DNA of 61,939 nucleotides, counting the filler, from Sphacelaria rigidula (lineage: Eukaryota), in NCBI GenBank assembly GCA_964200075.2. It is 6 parts of 6 records of this genome, joined end to end, with 100 filler letters (N's around TTAATTAATTAA, not from the genome) between each part and the next. Parts side by side here need not be neighbours in the genome. Positions count along the whole stretch, not along the records: positions 51,702 to 61,939 come from CAXNAA020006874.1; 5 more parts are not named here. One strand, written 5' to 3'. This document shows, one piece after another, positions 58,363 through 61,939 of the stretch. Each line of letters starts with the position of its first letter. Position 1 is the stretch's first letter. The position numbers and the translations under genes were made by a program. The notes under the pieces were generated by a model. That model saw only the letters and a list, made by a program, of their open reading frames with translations. It searched no databases and was not told the DNA's origin.

Positions 58363-61300
58363 CTAATTCGGAACCGCTCCGTACTCGTTGTCCGACGAAA
58401 AATATTCCTCCTCCCCCATAACACTCTCGGGCTCGAGAGAAAAGTTCAACACCTCAACCTCTTCTAGCATTTTTCTGTCGGTAAACCGACTTGGCACGGC
58501 TTTCGATGCCTGCTCATCCGTTGGCTGTGGGATGTCTACAGGGATGTTGCCGAACTGGCCCCACAGATACAAGGCTATATCGAGATTGGCGGGGTCGACG
58601 CCACCACGCTTGCGGGGCTGAAACATATCCGCGACACAGAAGTCACGCTCCATTACTCCCGCGGAGGAAGGTGCACCAAACACCGCCTGCGCCAGGGACC
58701 GAAAGTGAGGCGAGTGTTCTTTGCTGTGGGCCCGCCAATACTCGACACCGTCCAGCTTCTTCTCCTCTTTCCCGACCTGTAACCCGGAGCGACGAAAACA
58801 AATATGATGTTGAACGCATGGCGCCACCGACCTCCACTCTAGCGTCCTACGTTTCTACAACATTCTCACCAAGATCACAGTCTGATTTTTGGTATGTAAT
58901 TGAACTGCTCGGTACATGCGTCTGTGAAGAAAAAGACGATGAATCAATGCGGTGAAGTGATGGTGATGTGTGCGTCTTGCTACGTTGAAATGCCGGGGGA
59001 ACAATCCCAATACTTGGCGTCGCGTTCTTTCTTCATGGAGATGAGTCAAAGAACGGGAACGTGCGATGCAGAAATAGCGATACATCGCAACGCACACACC
59101 TTAGCGTTTTTCCATGCCTTGGTGAGGACGGCGGCTTCTTCCTTGGGAGTGGTCTCGGAGGTGCTCGCAGCTTCCCCCTCCTCGTCGCTGCTTGAGTCCA
59201 TGATGCCCTCCGCGGCGAACTCCTCCCGCCGTGGATCGACAGCGGCGCCGGTGGCGGTTTTAAACCGCTTCACCACTCGCGGCTCGACGTCCAGCACGAC
59301 GGGAGCCGTCTTCGACCTGGCCCTGCTCTTACTGATCGCTCCCGCGAGGAGATCCTCCACCTGGCCACTAATACTGTCGTCACGTCCTCTACTGGCTTCG
59401 TGAAGCCTCCCAGCGTTCCGACGGTCGAATTCTTCAACTTATTGAGATACTTCAGAGCACGCCCGCCCGGAGTCAAGAACATGGCCATGTCATACCTGTG
59501 GCTGTGTGACGAGAGGCCTTTCCCATAACGGTGATACAAACCGCCTGGCCACGCCCCGTGCAAACGCCTCGCGAGTGACTTTCGCGACACTTGTTAAGTC
59601 GGCGGAGGGTCGTACCTCCGGTTCCACGTCCTCTGTACCCTGCCCGACTGCCCGCACATGCCTCACGTTGAGTGATTTTTCCGGGTCTAAGGCGGTGGTG
59701 GCAACTAGGACCAGGCGTTGTAGTCCACCCTGCGCGGTTGACTCGTACGTCGTTTGTGAATACACAATAACCCCCTTCACCTCATTGGCGATACTGTACA
59801 CCTCCTCGACCTGAGAACGTAAGATTGTTGTCAGGCGGTTTAAATAGGCGTTCAGTGACGCTCGAACAAGACAACAATCTCGTCATGACTCGATTAAGGA
59901 GAAGGGCGGGATGAGGATTTCGCCACCACGGTGGGTGGGGGTGTTCCAAGAGTCACGAGTCACATGGATCACGCTTTGTCAACCTATAGCGGCCAGCGTC
60001 CGCGAAGCATTGCAACAGCAACTTGGTATGTGCGCCGCCGATATACCAGGCACGGACACACTGATCTTCGGCTCATCTCATCCTTCTTGCCCGTCAAGGG
60101 AAATGGTTTACCCTTTGCCCAAGTAAAATGTCCTCTGGGCGTCCCCATCTCTCCAGGACACGAAGCAGCATCTGGCAGACGCTTATCCAGCGCTGGGCAA
60201 CGGCTTGCGACAGCTTTGCCTTGAAGCCCTCTCCTCCCGACATTTCGTCGATGATATCCTCCAGGGCAATCTGCTCATAACAGTGGTTACGCGCAAAGGA
60301 TTTCCAAGAAAAACGGAGGAGTCAGCGTCGAGGCAACTTCAGTGATGAGGTGGTGCATACGCATCGCAGATCGGGAGCGATTGGTAATTCGCGAATGTTA
60401 CTGTAACTGTCATTTGCACACGAAAAAAATATTGAAGGAGTAGCTGGAGGTGTCGACTACGAATGCAACAACTAGTCATGCATGAATAAACGTGACTTCC
60501 CAGCGGCTGAAGGTGGCAATGGTACATGGGGCACCCAGGTTGTCATCCTAATCTCATTATATCTAACCTTGTCGACGGCGGACTTGTTGAAGTGCTCCAC
60601 CATCCCTTTGATCAGCTCGAGTAGTTCGCGACACTGGGGATTTTTTTGTCGATCCCTTGCGGGCGACATTCCTGTGGCGTCAATGGTCGCGCGGTTCAGG
60701 AGGTGGTCAAAGCACCATTCCCAAGACCAAGCCGACACCACCCCACTCCGAACGTCGGACCCGGCATCCGTCACCGCGCCGGCGATATCCTCATCGCGTA
60801 TGCCATGCTGCGCCAGCACGTGTATGATCCACTGGAAGACCACGTCACCACCGTGCTTGTCTAAAGATCGATGAGACCGAGAGAGCTTCAGCGCGAGGAG
60901 ATGCGTCTTCACGTCCATGTTTTGGTCGAGGAAAAAAAGGCGGACACCTGCAGGTATTTGAGGCAAAGCAGAAGCGCGAAACAGCGATATGGATCAATGG
61001 TGATATGCTATGATGAAAAGTGTTCTTGGAAATCGACTCGGCTGAGCGCTTGTCTCTCCCCCACTCGTCCGGTCGTTATCTGCATCAGCAACCGCAATGC
61101 TGGTGGTCCACACCGTAAAAAATACTCTCCTCCGCTTCAACACAAAAACACTGAAGGTTGCGACTCTCGAAACGGCACACACTTTCGGGTAGTCTCTACC
61201 CCCACTCTTGAGCGCGAGCCCGTGGAAACCCCGCGTGCTTCGTCACGGCTTTGTAGGGGAGGGAGCAAGGTCAATTGTCATACGACGGTCGCATACAGGA

Positions 61301-61610
61301 TCATGTTCACGCAACGGGGACGGCACAATAAGTTACCTCACATAGTTGGCGATACAAAAATGTAGTACACACGAGAATCGTCACGGCTGGGTGCTGAAGG
61401 CAGGACCGGTTTCAAGACGGGTTCTAGTCGGGGACGATTAACGTGCATGTGATGGCAACGGCTCACCCTGTGATGAGTCCAGCACCCACCAAAACTCACC
61501 GAGGTACTTGAGCCCGGAGACTCTGCGATGCGAAATGTCTCCTGCATCGATGCGTTGGCGTCGCTGACTTTTCCATCATAAATCTCGATCATCATCCTTT
61601 TTACCTGTGA
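58363..61610 (-). pseudogene. Intron-containing hAT transposase, frameshifted
   Basis: VTDAGSD...CFDHLLN (second Asp and CxxH), QRW motif, C-terminal dimerisation motif EYW...FRSLAQAVFGAPSSAGVMERDF; frame changes near 60130 and 59500. Confidence 0.85.
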
Positions 61611-61939
61611 TGTATACACCCAATAAAAAATCCTGGTAATCAGTTGTAGTCATCAAAGAACCAGGTCACAACGCAGTCACCATGAACAGTGCAGGTGAAT
61701 TACGCAAGTAGTTGTGCACGACGGAAATAATGTATGGGGACAATATAGGGTACGAGTGGAAAAGGGAGCAGCGATGGAGGAAAAAAATATAAACCGGATG
61801 AAATATTTCGAGCCTCTGGGATGAGTGAGGGGGGGTCAGGAAGGAGGTCAGGAGGCCAGGATTGGAGGAGGGGGATGGGTGGGATGGGGTGGGGGGGTGG
61901 GGGGGGGGCGGGGGGGGAGGGAATGACGTGGGGGGGGGG

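Overview
This window is not one locus. It is six unrelated ~10.24 kb contigs of descending length (1-10241, 10342-20582, 20683-30922, 31023-41262, 41363-51601, 51702-61939), joined by an artificial 100-bp spacer (N44-TTAATTAATTAA-N44). Five contigs are intron- and repeat-rich eukaryotic DNA, most likely from a brown alga or other ochrophyte. They carry four exons of an aureochrome (bZIP-LOV photoreceptor) and a multi-WSC-domain gene built entirely from phase-0 exons; the ORF track shows only fragments of both. They also carry a duplicated exon with a LIM-like Cys/His pattern (one copy pseudogenised), a decayed hAT transposase, tRNA-derived SINEs and many MITEs. One MITE family is 210-211 bp with TGT...ACA ends, 4-5 bp TSDs and a central TTAGGG tract. 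Contig 2 is a gene-dense alphaproteobacterial fragment, probably from an associated bacterium: Prx5, DsbD/ScsB, YqgE/AlgH, an orphan ORF, a CitE-like lyase, DUF3553, an M16 peptidase, thrC, a TAXI receptor and an M32 carboxypeptidase. I found no clear new multi-gene system. The best novelty candidates are the telomere-core MITE family, the LIM-like duplicated exon, a SINE with twin-priming geometry and the 43-bp-period arrays inside CAC-ended elements.
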